From assembly GCA_000165425.1 (NCBI GenBank), contig CT868596.1, positions 1 through 64,000 of the forward strand: a stretch of 64,000 nt of DNA, read 5' to 3'. Each line of letters starts with the position of its first letter. The first letter of the stretch is position 1. The position numbers were made by a program, and so were the translations under genes. Source of the DNA: Paramecium tetraurelia (lineage: Eukaryota). Below are positions 1 to 13,599 of this stretch, in pieces. A model generated the notes under the pieces. That model made no database searches. It was not told where the DNA came from and worked only from the letters and a program-made list of their open reading frames with translations.

Positions 1-324
1 GTAGATGTTTGCTAGTATTCACAATTGTATGTTAAGTGTACAATCGGTATTTCACAATTTTCTATCTGAACCTATAATGTAGTATTTAGTAGAGTGATGT
101 CTAAAACAAACAAAAGCATTGTAAATTCAATTTAGGAAACCTTGCAAAATCTGAATCATACAAAAGCATTAGAATATTTATGATAAGTTATTGTATTTTG
201 AATTCTTGTTTTCTATTCAGTGAATAAAAGAAGTCGTATGAATTGTATCTAATAGAGTATTAAATTAAAAACCAAAAAATACTCTATTTGATGAGCTCTT
301 AAAGCCTTTATTCAAAATCTATTT

Positions 325-1215
325 CATATATTCTAAATTTACAAATTTGGTTAGAGATAATATCTTTACTTATTAAAGTAATTTGTTGTGGTGTCACTAT
401 CAGAAAAAGAGTACAAAATGTCTTGTTATTGTAGAAACATCAAACATAATTTTTCAAACAACTTTGAAAAGCTAGCCTAATTTCTACTTCTATCTCTATT
501 ATTGAATCTTTCAACAAGTCTTTTTTGAACAATGAACTCCCCTAAATTCCTTACATTTAAATACTCTTTAAATATAATAATTCTTCTATGGCTTAGGAAA
601 ATTTGTTACTGGAAAGATATTTCAATTTTTAGTTTATGCTGACTATCCAGAATTTAACAGAGGATAAATACTATAGGCTAATCCCTTAAGTTTTAAGACT
701 CTCTACATAATCATCAACTACAGGTAGATGTGGTTATTATTCAACAAAAATAACGAATTAAAAATGATTCAAAAATTGAATTTCTATTGGTATATAATTA
801 CAAGCATCTTTGAATGAAAGTGTTTTTATTATCCCTCCACTTCTATGCAAATTTAATAATGCAAATAGATTCGTTATAATATTCTTATCGTAAAATCGAC
901 ACACAAATCAAATTCTTACAAAATTTGCATTCCAACTTGCATACATTTGTCCCACAATCAAAAAAATTCCATTTTGTTAGTGGTGAGTACCCTTTCATCA
1001 TTGCCCGTTTCTCCAGTACTATATATTATATAGCTTGAAGAAATTTAGGATGAACTTGTAAAAATTCTGTAATTTAAATATTAAAGTTGTTACTTAAGAA
1101 TGAATAGGTATAATGACACTATAAATTCTTGTGTCTGTTTAGATAAATTACAATAAATATCTAATAAATAAAACTGAGTCAATAGATCTAAAAGTTGCAT
1201 ATTTCTTCCCCATAA
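325..1215 (-). pseudogene. Degenerate coding relic of unknown family
   Basis: Long minus-strand frame under table 6 (QVHPKFLQAII...KMEFF*LWDKCMQ...PHLPVVDDYVESLK...) broken by an in-frame TGA at 958-960, with an intron-like GTA...AG segment near 1070-1095. No family recognised; boundaries approximate. Confidence 0.3.
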
Positions 1216-3554
1216 TCACTAGTCTATAAAATAAGACTCTATCATGTCTTCCAATTTACAAATAGTTAGATATTAATAACAAATCAAGAAAAATAAATTC
1301 TGCTCATAGAAGCTGATTAAAACTATAAAATTTTTAATAAACTAAATTATTGTGGAAATCTAAAAATATTTATTGGAATAAAAATGTAACTTTCTTCAAA
1401 ATTTATATGGGCTTATTGCCCAGCAGTCTTGTTACAAAGATTCAAGTCGCATTCAATCAACTTAATCATTCTAAAAGTCAAGATCTAATCATTTTTTGGT
1501 TACTAAAAATAATTGTCTAATTAATTTTAGATCTAAAATTTCCTCAATTTAATATATACTAAAAGAAAATAGAAAGCAAAATAGAAATATTATAATTCAA
1601 TAGAATTCATTTTAAATGCCTTTGTACTCAACAACTTGAATTTCCACCTATAGCAATGTTATTAAATACCTGCCCAACAACTTGAATGAATAATTCAAAT
1701 AGAATTGTTGCAAGTTCAATTTGTAAATTATCATACATAAATTATATACATATTCATTATAATATTCATATTTGTGAATTAATCTAATAATTGCATGATC
1801 TATAATATTCTGTACATGAGAATTAATTGAAAAGAAACGCTTGAAAGAAATGAAAATCCAAAAATATTTAATGATATGAGTTTTTTATACTTGCGTTAAA
1901 GTAAATAATAACAATTTCTAAAGCCTCAAAATAGGAAGCCAAAGTACTTTTAAATTAATCAAAAATATTTCAATATAAGCACTCAGCAATGTTTCATATG
2001 ATGATTACGAACATACAAGGAAGTAAAAAAATGCTCAAATGATGAATATTCTTTTCTATCTTTAAGGAATACAATTTTCACTTCAATATCAAAGCAATAA
2101 AAATATATTCTGAGTTAATATTGTGAATAGGATTAACAAAAGTACTTAATAATAAAGATGAAAATAAGTATTTAATATCTCAATAAAATAAGATAATAAA
2201 ATGAACTGTCACTCTTTATCCACAAGGATATTAGCTTAAATTACATTAAGTTAGTAATGTTTTCAACTACAAAAATCAAATAAAACGAATTGAAGATGCT
2301 AATGTTTAAACTTAAAAAACAATATATAAATCTAAGCAATAATAACCAATTTTGAAATTATTTATATACACATTCAAGGAAGGTAATAAAATAATTAGCA
2401 ACTTACTTCATTATAATTGTTGTCTCTAAAATAAGATCTTTAATTAATCTTTGTAGTGATGGTAAAGAAAATTATTATTCAAGATATTTTCCTATTTTGT
2501 ATAATTTAAATTTATTATAAATGACAAAGAGAAATCTTTTTTCATATCTAGTATTTTGCTTTTGAAATTTTTATCATCAGACTTAGGATTTAAAAGTAAA
2601 TTGCAATTAATAAAAGGTAACATAATATAGTTAATTATAAGTATAAATTATAATTATTTGAAAAGTAATTTTAATAAGAAAAAAATTTATTAAGGTATGA
2701 GTTAAATTAATTTTTGAAAAAATTAATTAAAGAGTAGGGAAATATAGTTAAATTATATAATGATTTAATTATAAAATAAAGAAAATAATATTTATTATAT
2801 AAACATATAATAATTATTTAAATTAGAATTTCTATACTTTTATTGGAGATTATTCTAATCAATTTAATTATGTTTGATTCTTCCTCTAATTCAATAGGGA
2901 AATTATAAGTTAATAAAATTACTTTACAAAGAAATTTTCTGCAAAATCAATATATCAATCTTTCTCTATCTAAACAGTTCCCTTTAAGATAGGAAATTTT
3001 ATCGATGCAATTTTCTTCAAAAATTTCATATAGAGCATTGAGAGAATTTACTTATTAATCATTTAACAGTACATTTGTATAAGATTTAATATTTAAGAAA
3101 TTTGATAATTAGAAGATTAATTCTTTATGAATTTTTAATTGATATCTATTCCTTTTAAATGTAATATACGAAAGCTTAATTACAATAATTTATTAAATTA
3201 CAATTGATATTCAAATTCTCATTGCTTAAATTAGTTTGATGACTTATTAAAAAGATAAATTCATTAGATTTTATCAAATATTATTGGAAGTAGTACTGGC
3301 ATATTAATAGTAGATTTAAGGAGGATTTTTGAAGTTTCTATTAATTTATATGATTTGAAAGAGAATAAAAATTATTCAGCTCTTTTATTATTAAATCTTC
3401 AATTAAATTATTCATTATTTACTAATTTAATATCACTTAAGAAATATTAATTCAGGCGCTTATATTTTTTTAATTTTGAGTATTAATATATAATTTGCAA
3501 ATTATACACAATTATATTTCATATATACTCAAATTTTATATATTTATAATTATT

Positions 3555-6416
3555 ATGGAATAACAACTTAATCAACTATCTTGGAAGGTTTAGCAAAATC
3601 CTAAAGAATTGGATTTATCATATTGCGTTTTTTTATAGGACTTAGAATTCATTACTTATTTAAAATCTCCTCAAGCAAAATAAATGCAATCATTAAATTT
3701 ATCACATACTCTATTATCCGACGCGTCTCTTTTACAATTAAGTTTCTTAAACTCGAAATCTTTGAAGTTTTTGAATTTAAGTTATTGTGTAAACTTTACA
3801 GAAGGTGCAATTGTCAATTTATTAAACTCTGATACTATCGTGAATATAGAAGTTCTTGACTTATCAGGTAATCAATTATCTGATGTCTGTTTAAAATTTG
3901 TATTATAACCAAATAAAATGAAATACTTAGCATCTGTTGTATTAAACGATATTGTATTTAAAATATATTGATATATCACTAGAAAAAAGGACAACAAGGG
4001 TTTTCATACAAGTTTTTTGAAATACTCTCTTAAACCAATCTCAATAAAAGTTTATTAAACCTTAGTGTAGGCAACTCCTTTGTCTAACCTGATCAACTAT
4101 AAATGACTAAGGCATAAACAATAATGAATACCTTTTTTAATCGAATTATGAAAGAAGATCACACGTAATGTTGATATTGTATTTTTTAGTTACTTTTATT
4201 AATTAAGTTTGAAGAGCACATCAATTTAAACCCTAACACTGTTTAAATGTGAGTTACTCACTAATAAATTTATTAAGATGCTGTGTAGGAATATTATATT
4301 TCTAAGTTCCATCAAAGTCTTAAATATTGGACACTGCAAATTATTGACTGATAAAATTTGTTATTATTTGTCAGAAGCAGGTGCATCTGTGTAAAGATTA
4401 GTAGATTTAGAATTATTGGGTTTGAACTTAACATCAGATGGTTTGGACAAAATAATCAAAAGCAAATCCCTAAAACTAAACCATCTTGGATTAGCTATGT
4501 GTGAGGATATTCAATGCGATGCAATCAAAACATTAATGGATTCTAAATTTGGTAAAATGTTGACCTCTTTAGAATTATCTGGATCTTACTCATAAAAAAG
4601 TCAAATTGTTGGAATGTTTTCATAAGAGCAGATCATTTGGAAAGATTTTAGTCTTAAAACTTTATATATAGAGCTCTTTTTAGACTAAGGGTGTTATTAC
4701 CAACATGTAGGGAAACAATAGCTTTAATTTCAAAAATAATAGCAACTTAATCAAAATTTAACTCAATTAGACCCTTATTATAAGACATTCTTTGAGACTC
4801 ATATGTATGCAATCATAGACTAAATCATATTCATAAAAAAAATCAAAGTTGTTTTAAAAGTCTAATACACTGATGAAGATTTAATAGCTTAATATTTGAC
4901 TAATTTTATAGAATAAAATAATCTTTTAGATAATTTATTAACGAATGATAATTAATTATTTGTTAACAACCTTTGCATCTTATCATACGTTTTATAATCG
5001 ATAACAAAGGCTTCAGCAAAAATATATGATGTGGAAGAAAAAAAATTAATAAAATAATCAAATTTCAATTATTCAGATTAACTATTTAGACCCCATAGAA
5101 AAAGAAAAAATTAATGTTTCTTAAATAAGAAATTTGGTATTAATGAAGCAAGATTTGTTAAGAGATGAAGATTTAGCGTTAGTAGGAAAATATTCAGAAA
5201 CCATTTTTTCACAGTTGTCGTACATACAAATTAAAGGTAAAAATTAATTCTCATGAAGGATGCAAGCAAATCACAGTGAAAGGTTTACACAAATTAGGAG
5301 AAAGATTACTTCATTAATTATAATTTCTAGATGTTAGAAAAACATAAATTAAATTAAACGAATACTCTCAAATTTTAAACGATTTTATCAATCTTACTTC
5401 CTTTAATAATAATAAAATTCAACTTGACTTTAATCAAGTAAACTTGTTGATTATATTAGAAAAATACTAAAGATGACCTAGTCTAATGGCTTAATTTACT
5501 GTTCAGATTGTTATCGTTGAAGAAACTAAGTATTAAAAATACCAATAAATAATCAATTTTTAATATGTTTTTAATGAGGTTTGTTGCTTAAATGGTAAAA
5601 AACAATCATTTATCTATGAAAAAATTGTATTTGTAATGCTTTTTGAACATCGCTGATTTGTATTAATTAAGCTTAAATTAGTCAATTGTATTCAGAAGAA
5701 AGCTTAACCGAACTATGCGAAAGCCTTTAACTAAGCTTCAACATAAAAACATTTTATTTGGAGATCTCTGGATTAATTAAACATTAGTTCATAATAGATG
5801 TTTTTAACACATTAATCAATACTTAAATTACAAATTTAAACTTATAACTTGAAAAGTATATTAATTCTGTATTATAGATAAAAGTTGCAATATTATTGAC
5901 GAAATCTTTATTAATAAATAAACTAGTACTCATTATTTCAAAGCATTAGAATTCAGCACTTCTAATTTAATTTAACTTGATATTATTCTATACAATACTC
6001 AACAATTAGAAGACCTGACGGCTGTATTGACTCTAAATGAAAATAAAGTAGACAGTTTAATATATCTTTTTTAAAATAACTAATTAATTACATTAAAAAT
6101 TGAATTATTGCAAGCAAAACTCGAACAATTTTTAGATATTTTATCAGCTGTCAACCCTGAAAAATTAAAAACAGCAGAATTTATTATTAATAAGTAATAA
6201 TATTATTACGTTTAGTATTTTAATTAATGAAAGCTGCTTACAAAAGCTCTAAGAATTTGTGCTTAAAAGTAAAAGATTGATTGAATTTTCAATATCGATG
6301 ATTGGGTAATTGTCATATATATTTATAGGTGTGGATGTACTAAATAAATGATGGATAAATATTTTAAAAGTAACTTATACATTTTTAAAATTCCATAACT
6401 GAAATTTTATTATTGA
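3555..6416 (+). CDS. Leucine-rich repeat (RNI/AMN1-like) protein with an apparent 1-nt frameshift near 5038-5045
   Basis: ATG 3555 (MEQQLNQLSW...). Repeated LxxLxL-type motifs (LDLSYC, LNLSHT, LNLSYC, LDLSGN, LNIGHCKLLTD). Tiny introns near 3954, 4165, 5237 and 6306; TGA at 6414-6416. Confidence 0.8.
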
Positions 6417-6544
6417 GTATATTATAAGAGCAATAACATGATATTCCTATTCTTAATTCCTTAATGTTGGAATAACTTCTTATTTTTTTAAATGTTTATC
6501 AATAATTAACAATTAGTTAAATATATTAACGTAAATTTAAATAA

Positions 6545-8367
6545 ATGCAAGAACAATAGGAATAGCGAAAATCCACAGATCTCATTTGTTTCTGGTTATT
6601 TAGTTTATTCTAAGGATTTTTCTTCTGTGTTACCATATATGCATTATTGAATGGAAATCCAAACAAACTTGGATTACCTTTTGATCCTGATCGTAAGCAA
6701 TTTTATTCAAATTTTTATATAGATTCTTCTTGTGGTTTTGATTTAGAATAATACAAATATATATACTTTACTACACCTTCAAAAAATTTCTTGTAAAGGA
6801 CTGTATGTTTGAGTGAATGTCCAAACAAGTAATAAATATGTAGCAGTAATAATAATTAATTTAGCTAAACTGCTATGCTCTCCAAATTCCATAGTAAAAT
6901 CATGTCAAATAAATCCAAGTGTAACCAATATTAGTGAATCTATATTAGCTTATCCTTCAGAAGCATGTAATTTATTTTATCATTTAGACAATAGTTAAAT
7001 ATGCTTACCAAAAAATCCAGATTACTTAAATGAAATAAAAGAATATATTGTTCCTAGTTTCAATCAACGACTTGGTTCAGGTTTGAGAGATTTGAAATGG
7101 GTAATATTAGGAATTTCTTTGATATCAGTTATTATTAGGTAATAATTCATGTTGACTAAAATAGTGTGATAGTATTGTTATTCATTGAAAAATATAGCAC
7201 ACATATTTTTTGGGGTTATTTTTTGATTATTGTACTCAGTTTATTCTCTTTATGTTTTTTGAGTGCCTAGCAATACTATTAATCATAAGAATAATTACTA
7301 TTAGATCAATAACTTGAGATAAATAAATTGATATCATTTGCTAATTCCCTCGAGATATGTTAAAAATTATACTAAATAGTTATAATAATTTCTATCATTG
7401 CTATAATCTTAAGTATTATCTATGCAATATATCTAAAATCATAAACAATTTTATTGAATTCATTCATCAAAGTAGGTGGGGATTTTATTAAATCAAATAT
7501 AACATGTATAATTGCTCCTTTTGTAGGTGCAGTTATAATCATGTTATATTCATTTGTTTGGATTGAATAGCAATTGTATTTATTGTCAAATCTGAAAACT
7601 CAGGATATCAAATATCCATATTTTTAGTTGAATTTTGCTTCAGGAGACTAAGCATTGATTGTTATGAATTTTCTCATCTACATTTGGACTCTTGTATTTA
7701 TTCTAGGTTTGATCGAATTCTTAACAAGTGGTATGGTCTGTGAATGGTACTACTAACAAGGAAATAGAGTAAACTTTGAGAAGAAAAACGTTTTATCAAA
7801 CCTAATTAAATACCACATAGGATCAGTTGCTCTTGGGTCGATGTTAATTACAACTTTTAAATTTATTAAATAGATATTAAATACAACAAAATTGTGTTAG
7901 GGATTTTAAAATAGAATACTGTATGCTATATCAAAACACAATTACGTGATTATGAATATTTAACCTAATCATTTTTTAGATTGCGGCATAATCGTTAGAG
8001 AATTAATTATAAAGGAGATTGATACATTTAATAAGATAGGAGAGTTAGGTTAGTCATTCTTGGAAATATCACGTTTGAGTATGGCATTGTTTTGTCAGTC
8101 AATATGTATGTTGATCATCCAAGATCACCCATATTCGATTATTCTGTCTTTATATTGCTTTGTGATTGCATATAGCATTACAAGCTTATTTATTTCTATA
8201 TATGGGTAATCTTCTGAAGCAATTTACATGCTATATTTATACAGTCAGAAACATTTGAGTCAGGAAGACAACCCTTAATGTACAATTGTAAGATCATTAT
8301 AATATAATTATAGACTTTATAATTAGTGTTTAATTAGTTAAATGACGATATTAATCAAATGTAATGA
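6545..8367 (+). CDS. Choline transporter-like (CTL/SLC44) protein
   Basis: N-terminus RKSTDLICFWLF...GNPNKLGLPFDPDHSSCG, VCLSECP, and the conserved C-terminal KYHIGSVALGS motif; many TM segments; small introns; TGA at 8365-8367. Confidence 0.85.
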
Positions 8368-11300
8368 CGTATAATTTTCTATATTACATATATTATATTG
8401 CCTAATATAAATATAAAAATGGTTCCTATCATCGCAAAGTCGATATATTCATTCACATCATCCAAGTATGATATTACTGTTGTTCCTAATAAAATCAGTA
8501 AAAATATAAAATCACTGATTTTATAATCTTGGCAGCTAATGTATTAGCATAAGATTGATCCAATTTCTAATAATAAACAAACAAAAGTAGCTTTCAAAGG
8601 ATTTTCTCTAAATATCAGTTGAAAGAATATAAATAATATTTTTGTTACAAGTTAATTGAAATAATAAATTAGTAGATTTTTTCTTAATGCAGTAAATCTG
8701 TAAAGTTTTATAGATTGAAATATTTGAAACATGCAACCAATAATGACACAAATAACATTTGCCACTTCATAAATTGATGTTTAGAAAGATTTTTGGATGC
8801 AGAAAAGATATAAAAGTATTGAAAAAGCTAAATCAAATTATTGAATATTTAAAACCCTGTAAAAGATTTAGTTAATTTTCACTTCAATTTTCTTTGCCAA
8901 TTATAATTTCTCGTCTGTTGTCATTTTGATATTCTCAAATGTTTATTTTTGATTTCTAAAAGTAAAAACAAAATTCTTAGAAGATGTTGGTCTAGTTTAT
9001 ATTTGTAGAATTGTTTGATAATGATTTCTGATTTTTTTTACGATGAATTTCAAGATATAGATTGATGTGATAAAAACGAAAGATATCCATATGTTTGAAA
9101 TGAAATAGTAGTCTTAATTTCTATTTTGTAATTTCAGACCATAATCATTTTCGATATTCTAAATTGAAAAGGGATAATTAAGGTAAGCTAATGGCCAAAT
9201 TTAAATAGAAAGCAATTATTGCAAATAAATGCTAAAATCAGCATTAAAATAATAGAAATATTATATAGCAATAACAAAATCCAAGCACAAGTGATCAAAT
9301 TGGTTAAATAATATTGATATCGGAATCATTCCCAAAAAGAAATACAATGTAACGCAATACATTTAATACACAATATTTGCATCCTCTTATTATTAGTATG
9401 AATAATAATACTTTTTTTATGGTTAAACAAGTAATTCCACAAGGTCTGAATCAGATAATATTCTTGTTTTCTTTTTGACTAGAACATGTATCAAGTTAAA
9501 TGGCTTGACATCTTGCTAAAATAAAAAATCAATTGAGCATTTCATGCCTGAATCTTAAGTTGATTCAACTTGTGAAACATTATATTTATAATTTTCAGCT
9601 GAAATTTATTCAATCCATAATGAAACTAAAGAACAATTTGAATTGATATTTTGGAGAGATATTATAACTTGATTGTTTTATTAAAGGCTTACCTCCTTTT
9701 TGATTTCTGGAAGTGGTATACAAGATGAATCTGAACATTTGTAATTAGACTCAACTTTGCATAAAGAATTACAACCATCTAAGCTATTATTATTGCTATC
9801 GTCACACTCTTCATCTCCTACTACAATACCATCTCCACAGACTGATTAACAAGTATCATGAATTAGATAATATCCAGATTAGCACTTTTAACATATTCCA
9901 TTAGTTGGATTTTGTGACTTATCTGAACATTCAAGACAAAAGGATGAAAATTTATTGCATTTCTTACATTATGATTAACATTGCAAACAATCACCATTAT
10001 TGATGTAATATCCATCAAGGCATAATTCGCAAATAGAGTTTGATGAACAGTATATGCAATTAGCGTGACATCTTGAACATAAAGAATACTAAGATTAACT
10101 TTTTGGAGTGCAATACCAATATTATTCAATGTAATTATTAAAGCATCCGTCTCTAGGTAAATCATTACCATCGTCACATTCAATAATATTTTGGTTATTA
10201 TTTCCTCCATTTTAATTATCGTTTCCTCCGTTTGGATTATCACTTCCGCTATTTTAATTATCGTTTCCTCCATTTTAATTATCATTTCCGCTATTTTAAT
10301 TATCATTTCCTCCATTTTCATTATTACTTTCAGTATTTTAATTATCGTTTCCTCCATTTTGATTGTCATTTCCACTATTTTAATTATCATTTCCTCCATT
10401 TTAATTATCATTTCCGCTATTTTAATGATCATTTCCTCCATTTTGATTATCGCTTCCACTATTTTAATTATCATTTCCTCCAGTTTGATTATTATTTCCA
10501 CTACTTTAGTTATTATCTACATTATCAAGAACACAAACTTAATCTATTTCCTTAAGTCCTAATTTGCAAATGCATTATTTATTTTCATTCATGTATCTAT
10601 TAGATTAGCAATCTATGCATAAATTCTAATTATTTGATTCATAACATAAATTACAAGAATAATGGCAATTAGGTATTTTTACACAACTTAAATTACCTTC
10701 ATCTCTATATCCATCTATACATGCACAATTGGATTGATTTCCTAATTCTCTGAAACTAACATCTTTTGATTAGCATGAAGTACAGCTATTTGAAGATTAT
10801 GGTTGAGAACAAGTTAAACACGAATAATGACAAATCATTTCACATAGTTTTGTTATTGGGTTTTCTTAATAATCTTATTAACAATCACATTAATTGTTTA
10901 ATAATACTCTCTGTTAATTTGGCAAGCATTAAATACATTGATCTAACTCATCACAAGCATAACAGTATTCTGGGCTCAAACATGACTTAAGACAACCTTA
11001 AATTTCATCCTCGAAATATCCATTCTTACACAAACATTGTTTATCAAAAAGTTACCTATTTATTAATGAGTCACAAGTTAAGCAATCAGATTTTGAAACT
11101 CCATCACATGTTAAACAGGTTGAATCACATATTGGTACACATTATTTATTTATTTCTTAATAACCCTACCTGCAATTGCATTTCCCTAATTCTAATTCTC
11201 GATCATCCACACAAGACAAACATTAACTTTCATCGCAATTCAAACAAGGAAAAGGGCATTCTAAATTATAAAAAGATCATTACTTTTGCATTGTGGCACA

Positions 11301-13533
11301 TCATCTAATTCATAATATCCGTCTATGCATATACATTAATTATTATTGAATACCCTTCTTAATGCTGGATCACAGGTTAAACAATAATTCAAATCAAGTG
11401 AACAAGAGAAACAACGATAATCGCATTTCTTAAATGCTTACGATATATACTCAATGCATCCTATTCCTTTAGTAGTACAAATTGCACAAGTTTAAGAGGT
11501 TTACTAATAGAATTCATTTTATTTGGGACACAAATAATTAACATTTCTATCATATAGTATAAAGATTTGATTCATTCCACATGATTTTTCCCTTGAATCA
11601 TTATAATACTCACTCAGACAGGTAAATTTTATGCTTAATTATTCATCGTAATGTTCATGTCTTATAAAAACAGACTTAGTATAATCCACATCTGACTTTC
11701 CTGTCAATTATTGCTGTTCTAAGTCATTTATAGAATATATGTATTCCGTTTCATCAATTTTTATAATAAAAAAATCTTCAATAGACCATCCATCTATAAA
11801 ATATAATGTGCAATAAATTCTAATTTAATAATGATAAGGCAAATCAAAAAATTATTTTTCATAACTTCCATAACCCCAAGTAGCATATCCTCCAATTATT
11901 TTATTATTTAGTAAATTTGAGTAGAGCAAATTAGTGAAACTATTATCACTCTTAGGTTAAATATTAAAAGTTTTTTAAATTGTTATAGAATCAAAGTCTA
12001 AAGTATAAAAATCCTATATTAAATATACTCCGCTAGAGTTTTAACTTATTCCTGGAGTATATTGCAAAGTTTCAATATTCATATAATCTGTACAATTTCT
12101 AACAGATTCTAAGACCCTGCTATGGATTGGGCATTAAGCCACACACTTGCCTAAATGAACATAATATGTGGACTTGCATTTGATGCATGCCTATAAAGAA
12201 TAAGAAACGCATCCTGAATCTTATTTTGCTGCAGAATATATATAAATATTATTTTAAAATGCATACATAGCATTATCTCCTTATACGTTTTATTCTATAC
12301 TAAATGTTAAAAATTAAGGATCAGAAGGTATGTTGAGTTCTGTATTAAGTATAACTTTTGAAACTGGAATAGTGGTTCCATTTAGTAAAATCAACTTAGT
12401 TTAATAAACATCAAAAAGATTAGATGGATTGGCAACGAATTTATTATTTGTTTTATTGATAGTAACAAGCTCGTATTAATAATCAGTTCTCGTAAACAAA
12501 GTTTATTAGCAGTCAATTGTTGTACAAGTGACAGTAGTTGTGTTATCATTAACATATTTATACTTAAATTAACTAGTAAATGAAGTGTAATATTATATGC
12601 TTTCTTGTTAAAATGCCACGCTTTTGATTGTTGTAGTATCTTTGGTTGAATTCAGCTTTAATCTTACATATGAGCCCTCTTTCCATTCTCCAATTAAAAA
12701 TATAATGCCTTGCAATTGTATCTTTGAGTTTTATAACGCATATGTGAAAGTTGAGAAAATGATTTGTTTCATTTTTTCATCAGAGCTTTGCTTAAATTCT
12801 TCGCTTACCCATACACTATCTGCTATCTAATATTTAATAAGGTTGGATTATTCTGGAAATATTCTTAAAAGGGCATCTAAAATATGTATTATTTTTTACT
12901 TGAAGGAGAAGGATTTGAAATACAATTTGTCAATAATGGTGATTGCAACTATTCGTTAATAGAATCACAAGTTTTGGTACAGATTGATTATAATCCCATA
13001 ATTGGTGTATTTGATGGACAACTCATTTGGATTCCATCTGTATAAAGATTAATGTTTCTAATTCCATAATAAGAAAATCCATTTAATGAATTAAACTTGA
13101 TTGAAATAGTGTTTTAAGCCTTAACCTAAAAGTCAAATATTATTTCAATAGTAGTAAAGTAATGATTACCTACTGGATCCAAACAAAGATTACTATATAA
13201 TTCTATTTGTGAATTATAAAACAATTTTTGATATATTATCTAGTCGTCTATTGCAATGATAACTTCGCTATCATCAAAGAAATTAAAATATAGATCAGCC
13301 TCTAATTTAATTTAAGTGACTTCCTATAACTTACTGGAAAAAGGTCTATAAATTTCTTATCCAGAAATTGCAACAATAAATTATCTTTCACATTGATAAT
13401 AGAATAATGCTTGTGTGTCTTGTCCTTTAATGTACCATGGAGGAGTTTCTGAAGAGGAATCAATATTCTACATATCTTTGAATACTGAAACCCATGCGGA
13501 GATATTGAGTACTAATAAAATAAATACAATCAT
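8355..13533 (-). CDS. Large Cys-rich surface/membrane protein (furin/EGF-like and CGDG..ECDD repeats, C-terminal multi-TM region)
   Basis: Signal peptide MIVFILLVLNISA; repeated CxxC/CxxxC units, ECDDGNDLPRDGC and CGDGIVVGDEECDDSNNNSLDGC; hydrophobic C-terminus; introns near 12878-12900, 11430-11450 and 11261-11283; stop at 8355-8357. Confidence 0.8.
10190..10520 (-). repeat. Coding minisatellite, ~15 x 21 bp, with 42-bp higher-order periodicity
   Basis: Plus-strand unit approximately attttaattatcatttcc(tcc/gct). In the gene frame it encodes alternating NGGNDNQ / NSGNDNQ heptads. Confidence 0.95.
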
Positions 13534-13599
13534 TAAATTATACATTTTTTGATTGAAGATATTTTTGTTCATATATTGCACTAAATAACGATAAGACGA

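Noticed and set aside
958..960. In-frame TGA as possible selenocysteine or read-through
   Set aside because: No redox motif context or visible SECIS-like hairpin, and the surrounding region is degenerate.
1629..1687. 13-bp direct repeat caacaacttgaat, 46 bp apart
   Set aside because: Only two copies in AT-rich DNA; no array, terminal inverted repeats or transposase nearby.
6329..6650. Apparent overlap of the LRR gene 3' end with the CTL gene start
   Set aside because: It arises only in the wrong frame after the last intron; the correct frame stops at 6416.
10190..10520. Repeat array as a possible CRISPR
   Set aside because: Contiguous tandem units with no unique spacers, inside a eukaryotic CDS, and no cas genes nearby.
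9863..10562. Three supplied ORFs with striking repeats (MEEMIIK, IIISSIL, YHFLHFN)
   Set aside because: They are off-frame or antisense readings of the 21-bp minisatellite. The real frame (NGGNDNQ) contains TAA=Gln and is continuous with the flanking Cys-rich domains.
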